Shown: in pieces, positions 8,831-19,104 of the stretch
Numbering within the stretch: the stretch's first letter is position 1
How the letters are laid out: every line of letters begins with the position of its first letter
Assembly (NCBI GenBank): GCA_963678065.2
Contig: CAXXVZ010000003.1
Location: 544,001 to 608,000, forward strand
DNA length: 64,000 nt
Direction: 5' to 3'
From: Treponemataceae bacterium
GTDB taxonomy: Bacteria > Spirochaetota > Spirochaetia > Treponematales > Rectinemataceae
Position numbers and translations under genes: made by a program
The notes under the pieces: generated by a model
Database searches by the model: none
What the model saw: only the letters and a program-made list of their open reading frames with translations
Told to the model about the DNA's origin: nothing

Positions 8831-9751
8831 ATGGAGTTTTCCGTCCGCGTCAGGGCTCCCGCAAAAATCAACCTCCATCTGGAGGTTTTTGGCAAACGCT
8901 CCGACGGTTTTCATGATCTTTCCAGTCTGTTCCAGGCTGTGGATCTGTACGACGATATCTCTGTCCGGTCTTTGAAAGAACAGGATACGATAGAAATCTC
9001 AGGCGATTTCGATTGTCCTCCCGAAAAAACGACCGTCTGCAAGGCAGTCGAACTTTTTCGCAGGGCTACAGGAACGCGTCAAGGAGTAAGTGTCCAGGTA
9101 ATAAAGCGAATTCCGGCCGAGGCTGGTCTGGGTGGCGGATCGAGCGATGCAGCGTCGGTCCTTATGGCCTTGAACGCGACCATTGTCCCGGGGCTTTCGC
9201 CGGAGATCCTTGCAAAGATTGCGTCTGACATCGGCAGCGATGTTCCCTTTTTCCTTGGCGGGGGCGCGGCGATTGTGGGCGGCAGAGGAGAACTTCTGAC
9301 CCCGATCGTGCCGAGAACGGATTTTGTCGCCGTGCTCGTCTTTCCGGGATTCGGAGTGGGGACAGCTTGGGCTTACGGACAATTGGACAAAAAAGCCGGA
9401 CAGTCCAACCCGGCCATTGCGCTTACACATGAAACAATCGACGCAAACTACCGGCGCGCTCCCTCTTTCTGGGACTTTTCAAACAGCTTCCAGGCGATTG
9501 TGGATGAGTGCCATCCTGCGATCGGAAGGATCTGCGGGGAGTTGCGCAAATCGGGAGCCGCTTTTGCCGCCATGTCAGGCTCAGGTTCGAGCGTGTTTGG
9601 CATATTCATGACCATGCGGGCGGCGCGGGAAGCTGCCTCCTCTCTCTCCGACCGAATAGCCGATCTGACGGGAACCGGGGCAGATCCCGCCAGGATACTC
9701 GTCGCTGTCTGCTGTCCTCTTGCTTCCCCGCCTGACCTGGCTTACCATTGA
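8831..9751 (+). CDS. ispE: 4-diphosphocytidyl-2-C-methyl-D-erythritol kinase
   Basis: APAKINLHL, KRIPAEAGLGGGSSDAA, GSDVPFF, MSGSGSSVF. Confidence 0.96.
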   Translation: MEFSVRVRAPAKINLHLEVFGKRSDGFHDLSSLFQAVDLYDDISVRSLKEQDTIEISGDFDCPPEKTTVCKAVELFRRATGTRQGVSVQVIKRIPAEAGLGGGSSDAASVLMALNATIVPGLSPEILAKIASDIGSDVPFFLGGGAAIVGGRGELLTPIVPRTDFVAVLVFPGFGVGTAWAYGQLDKKAGQSNPAIALTHETIDANYRRAPSFWDFSNSFQAIVDECHPAIGRICGELRKSGAAFAAMSGSGSSVFGIFMTMRAAREAASSLSDRIADLTGTGADPARILVAVCCPLASPPDLAYH

Positions 9752-9787
9752 GTTACATCCATTTTGTCGGCAAGGAGTGTCGAGGCC

Positions 9788-10072
9788 ATGGAAATCACCG
9801 ATGTTCGCATTCGCAAGGTCGCGGCAGAGGGCAAGCTCAAGGCATATGTCACTGTAACTTTCGACGGATGTTTCGTGGTTCACAATATCAAGATCATCGA
9901 GGGTAAAACCGGAATGTTCATCGCCATGCCAAGCCGGAAGACACGCACGGGGGAGTACAAGGATATAGTCCATCCCATCAGCCCGGATTTCAGGACTCGC
10001 CTTCAGGAAAAAATTCTGAAGGCCTATGAAACGGAGCCTCATGAGCTGGCAACTGAGTCCGATTTCGAATAA
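9788..10072 (+). CDS. spoVG: SpoVG family nucleic-acid-binding protein
   Basis: [16 protein letters not shown]...FIAMPSRK...YKDIVHPI. Confidence 0.96.
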   Translation: MEITDVRIRKVAAEGKLKAYVTVTFDGCFVVHNIKIIEGKTGMFIAMPSRKTRTGEYKDIVHPISPDFRTRLQEKILKAYETEPHELATESDFE

Positions 10073-10099
10073 TATCCAGTGCCCACTATTTTAGAACAT

Positions 10100-10171
10100 T
10101 GGGACGTCGGCAAGCGGTAAGCCTCCGGGTTTTGGTCCCGGCATTCGCAGGTTCGAATCCTGCCGTCCCAA
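10100..10171 (+). tRNA. tRNA-Gln (TTG)
   Basis: Cloverleaf: TGGGACG/CGTCCCA acceptor, CCGGG-TTTTGGT-CCCGG anticodon arm, GCAGG-TTCGAAT-CCTGC T arm; CCA not encoded. Confidence 0.95.
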
Positions 10172-10207
10172 TATTCCATACACACATCGCGCAAGGAGTT
10201 TAATACA

Positions 10208-10882
10208 ATGGACCATCATGTTATCAACGCCGTCAGCCGCGGCGCGACGACCAAAGGCGATCTCCGCAAGAACCGCCTCGAAGGGAAAATCCCTGCCATC
10301 ACCTACGGCTCGGGCAAACCCGCCCGCCAGCTCTTCATCGATGAAGCGGAATTCCTCACTGCTCTCAGCGGAATCACCGAGAGTACGATTATCGACCTCG
10401 TCGTGGATGGCCAGAAGGCCCAGGCTTTCGTGAAGGCCCGCCAGCGCGCCTCGATCAGCCATAAAATCATCCACGTCGACTTCCTCGAGATCACGGCCGG
10501 ACAGCTTTTGCATGCAAAGGTCCCCGTGCATCTCGTCGGTTCCGCAGCCGGCATCCGCGAGGGCGGTATCCTGGAGAACCCCTGCCATGAAATAGAAGTC
10601 GAGTGCGATCCTTCCAACCTTCCCGAGAAGATCAATCTCGATGTATCCGAGCTCCACGTGAATCATTCCATCCATGTCAGGGACATTCCCTCCAGGGACG
10701 GAGTCAGAATCCTGACCAAGGCTGACCAAGTCGTCGTGGCGATCAAGTACGCGCGGGGAGAAGAAGAGGCGCCTGCTGCCGAGGCCGCTCCCGCCGCCGC
10801 TACTGCCGAAGCCGCTCCCGCTACCGCTGCGGCGGCGACTGCAGCTCCTTCCGCAGCCGAGAAGAAAGCCGAAAAGAAATAA
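10208..10882 (+). CDS. rplY: 50S ribosomal protein L25/Ctc with Ala-rich tail
   Basis: RLEGKIPAITYG, IIHVDF, C-terminal Ctc domain (P.NLPEKINLDVSEL..SIHVRD). Confidence 0.95.
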   Translation: MDHHVINAVSRGATTKGDLRKNRLEGKIPAITYGSGKPARQLFIDEAEFLTALSGITESTIIDLVVDGQKAQAFVKARQRASISHKIIHVDFLEITAGQLLHAKVPVHLVGSAAGIREGGILENPCHEIEVECDPSNLPEKINLDVSELHVNHSIHVRDIPSRDGVRILTKADQVVVAIKYARGEEEAPAAEAAPAAATAEAAPATAAAATAAPSAAEKKAEKK

Positions 10883-10903
10883 CCTTTTCGCAGAGGCTTT
10901 TCG

Positions 10904-10938
10904 GAAAGGGAGAGGCTTTGCCCTCTCCCTTTCTTTTT
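10904..10938 (+). terminator. rho-independent terminator after rplY
   Basis: GAAAGGGAGAGG / CCTCTCCCTTTC 12-bp stem followed by TTTTT. Confidence 0.8.
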
Positions 10939-10975
10939 GTTAGTGATAAGCTTTCCCTGCTGCCGGAAGGAAACA

Positions 10976-12382
10976 ATGAGATCGAACCCGGAATCCGTCC
11001 CCCTCGCCGTTTCGGCTGTACTTGCCAGGATGCCCCTTTCTCCTGGCTCTCTGCTTCTGGTGGGGTATTCGGGCGGATCGGATTCGACAGCTCTGCTTGC
11101 AGCCCTGTCGAGAGAGGCAATTGAACACGGATGGCGCGTCTACGCCGTTCACGTGGACCACAATCTGCGCCCCGAGGATGAACGTCGCGCCGAGCGCCAT
11201 CTCGTCGAAAAAGTCTCGGCGCTGCTCGGAACCGGCCTGACCTTTGCCCATGTCGCCCCTGGGGCCATATCGGAATACGCCCGGTCGCGGAAGTCCGGCA
11301 TCGAGGCCGCCGCCCGTCACTTCCGCTACGAGGCCTTCAGGGCCTGCGCGAAAAGGCTGGATGCCAAGGCCATTTTCCTCGGCCATACCATGGACGACCA
11401 GCTTGAGACCGTGATCATGCGGGCTGCCGGCGGCGCCGGCGCGGGCGGCCTGAAGGGAATTCCTCCCGAGGCAGGTCTTCTGCGCCGTCCTCTTCTTTCC
11501 TGCACGAAATCCGACATCCTCGCCTATCTCGGAACGCTTTCGTTGCCGTATTCCTCTGACTCCACCAACGACTCCGACCTGTATTCCCGGAACAAAGTAC
11601 GCCATTCCCTCCTGCCTGCCCTCGACCGGTCCCTTCCTGGATGGAGAAGCGGGCTCTCTCTGACAGCGCAGAAATCCGGCTTGGATGAAGAGGCTTTCGG
11701 ATTTTTCGCGGCCTCGTCGCCGGGGAATTTTGCGGAAGTTGACGCGAAAACACAGAGTGCAGACGCCATCGCTTTTTCGCATGAACCGCTGGCTCTCCGT
11801 ATCCGGATGCTGCTTGCCGCAGCAGGTTCTCTGAGCGGGCGAAGTCGTCTCTCCTGGCGGATGGCGAGTGAGGCAGTCCAGGCGATTGAGACCGAAGGAA
11901 AAACTTTCCGTGGAGGGGGCTTTGCTCTTTACTCCAAACAGGGAAGGCTATTTCTGAGATATGGTCTTGATTTTCCCCGTTGCGGCGGATATTTTGTAGA
12001 GGTTGAGGCTCCAGGCCTTTACCGTGCAGGAAAGTTGCGAGTCCGTTTTTCCTGGGAACCGGAGATGAGTTCGAGAGGAATTCGGGCGGGCACGTTTACC
12101 TTCCCTCTCGTGATCCGCTCTCGACTTCCGGGAGATCACATCGCTTCCGCAGGTGGAACGAAAAAACTCGACGATCTGTTCATCGAGTGGAAGGTTCCTC
12201 CGGGGCTTCGGGACGAAATCCCGGTCATGGAAGACAGTGCCGGTATCGTCGCCATTCTTGGCCGCAATGTCGGGGTGAAAGACCGTTTCCGGCCGGCAAT
12301 CGAGGGCCTTGCACATGCGGATGGAAGCGGCATGGTATTATCGATCGTCATGAAAGGAGTCCGTGTTTCCGATGGATTTTAA
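10976..12382 (+). CDS. tilS: tRNA(Ile)-lysidine synthase
   Basis: SGGSDS PP-loop, HVDHNLR, EAAAR..RY, GHTMDDQLET, DSTN...RNKVR. Confidence 0.95.
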   Translation: MRSNPESVPLAVSAVLARMPLSPGSLLLVGYSGGSDSTALLAALSREAIEHGWRVYAVHVDHNLRPEDERRAERHLVEKVSALLGTGLTFAHVAPGAISEYARSRKSGIEAAARHFRYEAFRACAKRLDAKAIFLGHTMDDQLETVIMRAAGGAGAGGLKGIPPEAGLLRRPLLSCTKSDILAYLGTLSLPYSSDSTNDSDLYSRNKVRHSLLPALDRSLPGWRSGLSLTAQKSGLDEEAFGFFAASSPGNFAEVDAKTQSADAIAFSHEPLALRIRMLLAAAGSLSGRSRLSWRMASEAVQAIETEGKTFRGGGFALYSKQGRLFLRYGLDFPRCGGYFVEVEAPGLYRAGKLRVRFSWEPEMSSRGIRAGTFTFPLVIRSRLPGDHIASAGGTKKLDDLFIEWKVPPGLRDEIPVMEDSAGIVAILGRNVGVKDRFRPAIEGLAHADGSGMVLSIVMKGVRVSDGF

Positions 12383-14231
12383 CAACCAGAACCAGACACC
12401 GCAGCGCAAACCGGAAGGACCGATCCGCGGAAGTCGCGCTGCATTCGCCGTATTCATTTCGCTCGGGCTTCTTTTCTCCGCCCTCTTCCTTTTTAATGAT
12501 AAATCTTCGGTAAAAGAGATACCGTACTCCGCTTTCATGTCGTATCTCGACCTCGGTCAAGTCGATACGGTCAAGATAATCGACCAATTCGAAATTCAGG
12601 GCACGCTCAAAGGCGCTACGGGGGCGCAGGCCCTGTTCTCCACCAATATTCCCTATGTCGACCTCGAATTGCTCGGCAAACTGCGCAAACAGGATGTCAA
12701 AATATCGGGCGGAGTGAAGGGAACGAGTCCGTGGCAGCTCCTCATCGAATTCCTGCCATGGTTCTTCGGGTTCTTCATCATGTGGATCATGCTCAGGCAG
12801 TTCCAGGGAAACAACAAGGCCTTCAATTTCGGCAAGAGCAAGGCAAAACGCTATGTCGAGCCCAGCAAGAAAACCACCTTCGAGGATGTGGCCGGACAGA
12901 AGGAAGCGAAGTACGAACTGCAGGAAGTCGTCGACTATCTCAAGAATCCGCAGAAATTCGTCAAGATGGGAGCGCGGATTCCGAAAGGCGTCCTCCTCGT
13001 CGGCATGCCGGGAACAGGAAAAACCCTCCTCGCGAAGGCTGTCGCAGGCGAGGCCGATGTGCCTTTCTTCCATATGTCAGGCTCTGATTTCGTGGAGATG
13101 TTTGTCGGAGTCGGTGCGAGCCGCGTCCGCGATCTCTTCGAACAGGGGAGGCGCAGCGCACCCTGCATCATTTTCATCGACGAACTCGACGCTGTCGGCC
13201 GCACGCGGGGCGCTGGCTACGGCGGCGGCCACGACGAGCGCGAGCAGACACTCAACCAGATGCTCGTCGAGATGGACGGTTTCGACACGAAAGATGGTGT
13301 GATAATACTCGCCGCGACCAACAGGCCCGATGTCCTCGATCCGGCCCTCCTCAGGCCGGGACGCTTCGACCGGCAGGTAGTGGTCGCCATGCCCGATGTG
13401 CAGGAGCGGGAGGCCATCCTCTCCATACATATGAAGAGAATCCCTGTGGCGGAGGGCGTCGATGTCAAGCGCATCGCACAGGCCAGTCCGGGGACTTCAG
13501 GAGCCGATCTGGCGAATCTCGTGAACGAAGCGGCCCTCTTCGCGATCCGCAAGGATCGGACAACCGTCGAGATGGATGATTTCGAGGAGGCCAGGGACAA
13601 AGTCTTCATGGGTGTGGCCAGGACGAGCCTGGTCATCTCTGCCGATGAAAAACGGGCCACCGCCTTCCATGAATCCGGGCACGCTCTCCTGCATTATCAT
13701 CTCGCCCACGCGGATCCCTTCCACAAGGTTACGGTCATCCCGAGAGGAAGGGCTCTGGGGCTCACCTTATCTCTTCCTGAAAAAGACACCTATTCCAAAT
13801 CCAGATCCTGGCTCCAGGACAGGATGGTTATCATGTACGGCGGCTACGCGGCTGAATCCATCATCTACGGAGAGACCACGACCGGCGCCTCCCAGGACAT
13901 CCGTCAGGCGACAGATTTCGCGCGCAGGATGGTCTGCGAGTGGGGAATGGCCGACGAGATGGGACCGGTCGCCTATGGTCAGGAAGAGGAGCCCATCTTC
14001 ATCGGCAAGGAAATAGCGCGGCACAAGGATTACTCCGAATCCACGGCTTCACACATCGACAATGCCATCAAGTCCATACTCGACAATGCCCTCGGGAGGG
14101 CGATGGAAATCCTGACCAGAAACCGCGATCAGCTCGACAAGCTCGCCGAGAGTCTCATCCAGAAAGAGACCCTTGATGATTCGGAGATCCGTGAACTCCT
14201 CGGCTTCCCGATGAGGCAGGCGACAGTCTGA
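12372..14231 (+). CDS. ftsH: ATP-dependent zinc metalloprotease FtsH
   Basis: Two TM helices, [31 protein letters not shown]. Confidence 0.98.
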   Translation: MDFNNQNQTPQRKPEGPIRGSRAAFAVFISLGLLFSALFLFNDKSSVKEIPYSAFMSYLDLGQVDTVKIIDQFEIQGTLKGATGAQALFSTNIPYVDLELLGKLRKQDVKISGGVKGTSPWQLLIEFLPWFFGFFIMWIMLRQFQGNNKAFNFGKSKAKRYVEPSKKTTFEDVAGQKEAKYELQEVVDYLKNPQKFVKMGARIPKGVLLVGMPGTGKTLLAKAVAGEADVPFFHMSGSDFVEMFVGVGASRVRDLFEQGRRSAPCIIFIDELDAVGRTRGAGYGGGHDEREQTLNQMLVEMDGFDTKDGVIILAATNRPDVLDPALLRPGRFDRQVVVAMPDVQEREAILSIHMKRIPVAEGVDVKRIAQASPGTSGADLANLVNEAALFAIRKDRTTVEMDDFEEARDKVFMGVARTSLVISADEKRATAFHESGHALLHYHLAHADPFHKVTVIPRGRALGLTLSLPEKDTYSKSRSWLQDRMVIMYGGYAAESIIYGETTTGASQDIRQATDFARRMVCEWGMADEMGPVAYGQEEEPIFIGKEIARHKDYSESTASHIDNAIKSILDNALGRAMEILTRNRDQLDKLAESLIQKETLDDSEIRELLGFPMRQATV

Positions 14232-14320
14232 ACGCGGCGCGCGGCGATGTGAAGAGCGGTATGCTGTCAGGCTCGAGGCCTGCGATCACAAGGGGAAAGG
14301 AAAAATCCTGCCGCTTCTGG

Positions 14321-16363
14321 ATGCCCCCTGTCCGCATCTGCTCTCCCGTCGTTGTGCTCTGCCTCGCGATCCTCCTTTCTTGTACGACCGCCCGCAAGAT
14401 ATCTCTGCCCCTCCCTCAGACACCACCTTATTCCTCCCTGAAAGTTTCCGAGCTGAGGACGGAGGCGAGCACGAATCCCACCTCCGTCCTTGCCTATCTT
14501 TCCGGAATAATCGGGGATGAGTCATCCTCGCTCGCGGGAGAACACGCAATTCCCGAACTCGTTGCGTCTGCTCTCGGGAAGATATTCGAGCGATACACGG
14601 CCGCTATGGATCAGAGCGACTGGAACGGGGCGCTCTCCTGTTTCAGGAGCCTCGCTGCGGTCTACGGAATCGAGAAAATGAAGCCTCTCTTTCCCCGCGA
14701 CCTTCTGAGTGACATGTCGCGGCCCGGATCATTCGGAGAACAGAAACTTCTGGCCATGCAGGCTGAGGCCTTCCATGAAAAAGGTTTCCATTCGGCCTCG
14801 CGGCTGCTTTACCTCCGATCTTTGAGGGCGGAGCCTGATCCCTTCCGTGATCCTGCCGATGCGGTTTCAGGCCGGGAGAGCCCCGGGTCAGGCCCTTCGG
14901 TCTTGACGAATCGCGCGTCGGATTTATCTGTGTGGATGGAAAGGGCATCCAAATCCGGCGATGAGTACTTCGTCAATGAGCTGCGGAAGGCGGAGAAAGC
15001 GCGGGGAACAGACAGTGAAACGCTCAAATCTGGTCTGTCCGCATCCGGCATCATTGCCAACGGCGCAGCCTCGCCCTCGGGTGATATTCCTGCGGCATCC
15101 ATGCCGATTTCCTCGATGATTTCGGGGGTCGTCACTGTTCGGGTCGACCGTGGAATCAAAATCGAAAACGGGGTCGGGGTGCCGGATCGAGTCATCGGTT
15201 CGGGGTTCTACATAGAGAAGAGCGGCTACATCCTGACCAATTATCACGTGGTGGAAAGTGAGGTGGATGCTGCCTATGAAGGCTATTCCAGACTCACCAT
15301 CAGACCGGCGGGAAGCCCTGACCTGCGCATTCCCGCCAAGGTAATCGGCTGGGACAGACTCCTCGACCTTGCTCTCCTGAAGACCGAAGTAAAACCCTCC
15401 TATGTTTTTACTCTTTCCGGAAACGCCACTCTCACGCCCGGCGAGAAGATACTCGCGATCGGTTCACCCGCAGGACTCGAGAGCACAGTGACTGCGGGCA
15501 TCGTGAGCGCCGGAGGACGAAGGATTTCTCAGATTGGCGAGGCTGTCCAAGTGGACGCTGCTCTCAATCCGGGCAATTCTGGCGGCCCATTGCTGGATTC
15601 CTCAGGCGAGGTCGCCGGCATAGTTTTCGCAGGCCTGTCGCAATTCCAGGGCCTCAACTTCTGTATCCCTTCGTCGTGGGTGCAGGCCGTCCTTCCCGAA
15701 CTTTTCAGGGGCGGAGAAGTTTCACATGCCTGGCTGGGCCTGGTTCTTGCGCAGGAACCTGAAGGCCTCGAAATAGCCTACCGTCATCCATCCGTCCCCG
15801 AAGGCATCTCAGAGGGAGATCGGCTAGTGGCCCTCGCTTCGAGAGCAGTTGCCGACATTCCTTCAGCCCAGATGGTCCTGGCTGCTTCGGGCTACACGCC
15901 GGGGACACTCATTTCCGTAGTACTGTCCGGGAAGGGCGGGAAGGCCGGAAGCCTTCCCGGGACACGATCCGAAGAGAACAATCTTGCGACGAAATCGGAC
16001 AGTGCGGGACCGGGGCTGACGGTTCTGAGAAATCTCGAACGCCGCCCTGACTATCCTATGGAGTCGGCGGCGGAAAGGGACAGTCACGCCTCGCTCATGA
16101 CCGCCTTGTATGGCATGTCGGTGAAACGCATGCCAGGAGTCTTCCTCGACCCCGAGCGCTACACTATCACGAGGATATGGAGTGGTGGAGTCGCCGATGA
16201 GGCCGGTCTTTCCGTGAACGATCCCTTTTCGGTCAACGATTTTTCCCTGGACAGAAAAAACAAGATCGTCGATCTTGTCATCAGGGTGAAAAAACGACAG
16301 GCGGGTTTCATGGAAAGCCTCGTCAGTCTTCCCGCCAGTCTGGAAATTCCCGATATCCTCTGA
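14321..16363 (+). CDS. S1C (HtrA/trypsin-like) serine protease, probable lipoprotein with PDZ-like regions
   Basis: Lipobox LLSC; catalytic triad TNYHV / DLALLK / GNSGGPL; start codon uncertain. Confidence 0.85.
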   Translation: MPPVRICSPVVVLCLAILLSCTTARKISLPLPQTPPYSSLKVSELRTEASTNPTSVLAYLSGIIGDESSSLAGEHAIPELVASALGKIFERYTAAMDQSDWNGALSCFRSLAAVYGIEKMKPLFPRDLLSDMSRPGSFGEQKLLAMQAEAFHEKGFHSASRLLYLRSLRAEPDPFRDPADAVSGRESPGSGPSVLTNRASDLSVWMERASKSGDEYFVNELRKAEKARGTDSETLKSGLSASGIIANGAASPSGDIPAASMPISSMISGVVTVRVDRGIKIENGVGVPDRVIGSGFYIEKSGYILTNYHVVESEVDAAYEGYSRLTIRPAGSPDLRIPAKVIGWDRLLDLALLKTEVKPSYVFTLSGNATLTPGEKILAIGSPAGLESTVTAGIVSAGGRRISQIGEAVQVDAALNPGNSGGPLLDSSGEVAGIVFAGLSQFQGLNFCIPSSWVQAVLPELFRGGEVSHAWLGLVLAQEPEGLEIAYRHPSVPEGISEGDRLVALASRAVADIPSAQMVLAASGYTPGTLISVVLSGKGGKAGSLPGTRSEENNLATKSDSAGPGLTVLRNLERRPDYPMESAAERDSHASLMTALYGMSVKRMPGVFLDPERYTITRIWSGGVADEAGLSVNDPFSVNDFSLDRKNKIVDLVIRVKKRQAGFMESLVSLPASLEIPDIL

Positions 16364-16417
16364 TTCAAGAGTTCAGAACGAGCTGTAAACTGCCAAAGTA
16401 TCGATGGGGGTGAAAAG

Positions 16418-18415
16418 ATGCCCTGGATAGCAATTGTCGAGGACGAAGCTATCGTCGCCCTCGATATCAGCAAGACCCTCCAGCGCCGCGGTCATGAGGT
16501 GGCAGGCATCTTCGATTCAGGCGAGGATCTGCTCGTATCCCTCGAAACCATCCGCCCCGACCTCATTCTCATGGATGTCCATATCAAAGGAAGTCTCGAC
16601 GGAATCGAAACATCTGCAATCATCCACGACAAGTACCGGATTCCTGTTATCCTCCTCACGGCCCACGCCGAGGCCGATACCGTCGCGCGGGCGACGCGAT
16701 CGGAACCCTATGCCTACATACTGAAACCCTTCGAAGAGAGGGAACTCGCTGCCGCAATCGAGGTGGCTCTCTACAGGGCTGTGATGGAGGCGAAAAACCG
16801 GGACAGCGAAGAGAAATACCGACGACTCTTCGTAGACGGCCTCTCTGCGCACGTACTCTGTGATTCCGAAGGCCTGATACTTGAGGCCAACCGCGCGTTC
16901 AGGACCCTTACCGGAATGAGGGAAGAGGAGGGGCACGGTGGTCTGTCCTCTCTCTTCGTCGATCCCTTCGATTGGGAGCGCATCAAAGTGGGATTGGATG
17001 CCTCGGGTTTTTTCCCGCAGACGGAACTGAATATCCGCGACCGCGGCGGCGGAATTCACGTAGTCCTTGCGCAGGCGGTGCGGATCCACAGCGATGGACG
17101 GGCGCCGGATCTCATTCAGGGAGAGTTCGTCGATCTCACTGAACGGCGCAGACTCGAAGACAGCCTCATTCATGCCCAGAAGATGGACGCTGTCGGAAAA
17201 CTCGCGGGTGGAGTCGCCCACGATTTCAACAACATTCTGACTGCCATCATCGGATACGCAGATATGCTCGCCGCCGAGACCGAGCTGGACAAAACCGCGG
17301 CCGAAGATCTCCACGGCATCAGGACCACAGCCATCAAAGCTGCAGGTCTCACCCGCCAGCTTCTTGCCTTTTCAAGAAAACAGCCATATTCTCCATCGGT
17401 CTTCAACCTGAATGTTCTCGTGCGCGATTCCGAGAAAATGTTCAGACGTCTCCTGCCTCCCCGGATCACCCTTGCCGTGCAAGCTTACGCCCCGCAGGCT
17501 GAAGTCCTCGCGGATTCCGGGCAGATCGGACAAGCCCTCCTCAATCTGATAGTCAATGCGCGCGACGCCATGCCCGAAGGGGGAAGCATCACCGTCAGGA
17601 CTGAAAACAGGGTTCTTTCCCACGCATTGGATACCGGAAGAGGTCATGTCATTGAAGCTGGAGGCTATGCCGCGGTCTTTGTCGCCGACACTGGTCCGGG
17701 CATTCCTTCCGGACTCGCACAGTCCATTTTTCAGCCCTTTTTCACGACCAAATCGGAAGGGAAAGGTACGGGTCTGGGGCTCTCCATCGTGGACAGCATC
17801 ATGCGGAGAAGCAAGGGAGCGGTATTCCTTGAAGAAAATGAAGCGAGGGAAGAGCAAGCCTCTTCCGCCTCATCGGCAGGAGGCCCCGGCGCGAAATTCA
17901 CGCTCTGGATTCCCTTGGCATCTGAACTCGCGGAGGGCACAAGCGTGGCCACAGAATCAGCGAATCCCGGAAACGCAGAGCGGCTCCTTCCCCCCTGCGG
18001 ACAGGGACTCCCGCCGGGAAAGAAGATCCTGATCGTAGATGACGATGAAACGATCGTCGAGGTCGCCTCGAGGATGCTCGACAGGGCGGGATTCCGCACA
18101 ATCGGAGCGGTCAACGCGGGAGAAGCCCTCCTCATCGCGGAGTCATCCCCCGCCTCTCTCGGCCTCGTGATCGCCGATGTGATCATGCCGCACATGGACG
18201 GTGAGACGCTCTGTCAAAGACTTGTAGGCATGATTCCCGGACTCAAGGTTCTCCTCATGTCGGGCCATCCGGAATGGATACCCGACAGCGAAGAGCTTGG
18301 GTCGAAAGGGAACATCTTTCTCGCAAAACCTTTCACCGAGGAAAGACTCCTCGAAACAGTCTCTCAGGTTCTTGCGGCGCGGGGCCTGTTTTCAGGCGCC
18401 AGCACGAGCCGGTAA
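16418..18415 (+). CDS. cytoplasmic hybrid histidine kinase (REC-PAS-HisKA-HATPase-REC)
   Basis: IVEDE..PDLILMD..KPF; AGGVAHDFNNIL; NLIVNARDAM; DTGPGI; GTGLGL; second REC IVDDD..VIADVIMP. Confidence 0.93.
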   Translation: MPWIAIVEDEAIVALDISKTLQRRGHEVAGIFDSGEDLLVSLETIRPDLILMDVHIKGSLDGIETSAIIHDKYRIPVILLTAHAEADTVARATRSEPYAYILKPFEERELAAAIEVALYRAVMEAKNRDSEEKYRRLFVDGLSAHVLCDSEGLILEANRAFRTLTGMREEEGHGGLSSLFVDPFDWERIKVGLDASGFFPQTELNIRDRGGGIHVVLAQAVRIHSDGRAPDLIQGEFVDLTERRRLEDSLIHAQKMDAVGKLAGGVAHDFNNILTAIIGYADMLAAETELDKTAAEDLHGIRTTAIKAAGLTRQLLAFSRKQPYSPSVFNLNVLVRDSEKMFRRLLPPRITLAVQAYAPQAEVLADSGQIGQALLNLIVNARDAMPEGGSITVRTENRVLSHALDTGRGHVIEAGGYAAVFVADTGPGIPSGLAQSIFQPFFTTKSEGKGTGLGLSIVDSIMRRSKGAVFLEENEAREEQASSASSAGGPGAKFTLWIPLASELAEGTSVATESANPGNAERLLPPCGQGLPPGKKILIVDDDETIVEVASRMLDRAGFRTIGAVNAGEALLIAESSPASLGLVIADVIMPHMDGETLCQRLVGMIPGLKVLLMSGHPEWIPDSEELGSKGNIFLAKPFTEERLLETVSQVLAARGLFSGASTSR

Positions 18416-19104
18416 AGCCTGGCCTCGATGCCGAGGGAGGATTCCGAGCCAAAGGATCGCGCTTCGCGGGGCTCGTCGTTCCTGAAACAGTCCGCGACCC
18501 GTGCCGGACGGTCAGAAAGCACGACAACCTGGTCTGCGAGGTAGACGGCCTCGGCTATGTCGTGGGTTACGATGAGGGCAGTCCGCCTCTCGTCCTTCCA
18601 CATTGCAAGGAAGGAATCCATCAGACCGAGTTTTGTCCGCAAATCGACAGCCTGGAACGCCTCGTCGAGAAGGATGAAGAGGGAGGGGTAGGCAAAGGCC
18701 CTTGCAAGGGAGAGTCTCTGTCGCATTCCCCCTGACAGGTCCGAAGGTTTTTTGCGGGAAGCCTCTGAAAGACCTGCCGCATTCAGGAAAAAATCGGTCC
18801 TCCGCAACGCATCTTCCCTGCCGAGGATACCCGAGAGCGCGAAGAGGATGTTGTGCCGCGCGTCGAGCCACGGCAAGAGGCGCGGTTCCTGAAAGGCGTA
18901 GGAGAAGGAAGTCTGACCGAAGCCTCTACGCTCCCCCTCGTCCGCATCGACGAGGCCCGCGACGATGTTGAGGAGGGTGGTCTTGCCGCAGCCCGATGGG
19001 CCGAGAACCACCGTGATGGATGCTTCCGGAATGGAGAGCGATATTCTGTCCAGCACCTCATGGCCCGCATAGGCGTGACTGATGCGATCCAGCTCAAAGG
19101 GCAT
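18364..19104 (-). CDS. NitT/TauT-type ABC transporter ATP-binding protein
   Basis: GPSGCGKT, FQEPRLLPW, LSGGMRQR, LLDE, VTHD. Confidence 0.92.
   Translation of the reverse strand: MPFELDRISHAYAGHEVLDRISLSIPEASITVVLGPSGCGKTTLLNIVAGLVDADEGERRGFGQTSFSYAFQEPRLLPWLDARHNILFALSGILGREDALRRTDFFLNAAGLSEASRKKPSDLSGGMRQRLSLARAFAYPSLFILLDEAFQAVDLRTKLGLMDSFLAMWKDERRTALIVTHDIAEAVYLADQVVVLSDRPARVADCFRNDEPREARSFGSESSLGIEARLYRLVLAPENRPRAART

Noticed and set aside
9788..10072. Sporulation gene spoVG in a non-sporulating organism
   Set aside because: SpoVG is a known nucleic-acid-binding protein in spirochaetes.
10883..10975. No pth between rplY and tilS
   Set aside because: Gene order varies among spirochaetes and pth is probably elsewhere; no remnant is visible.
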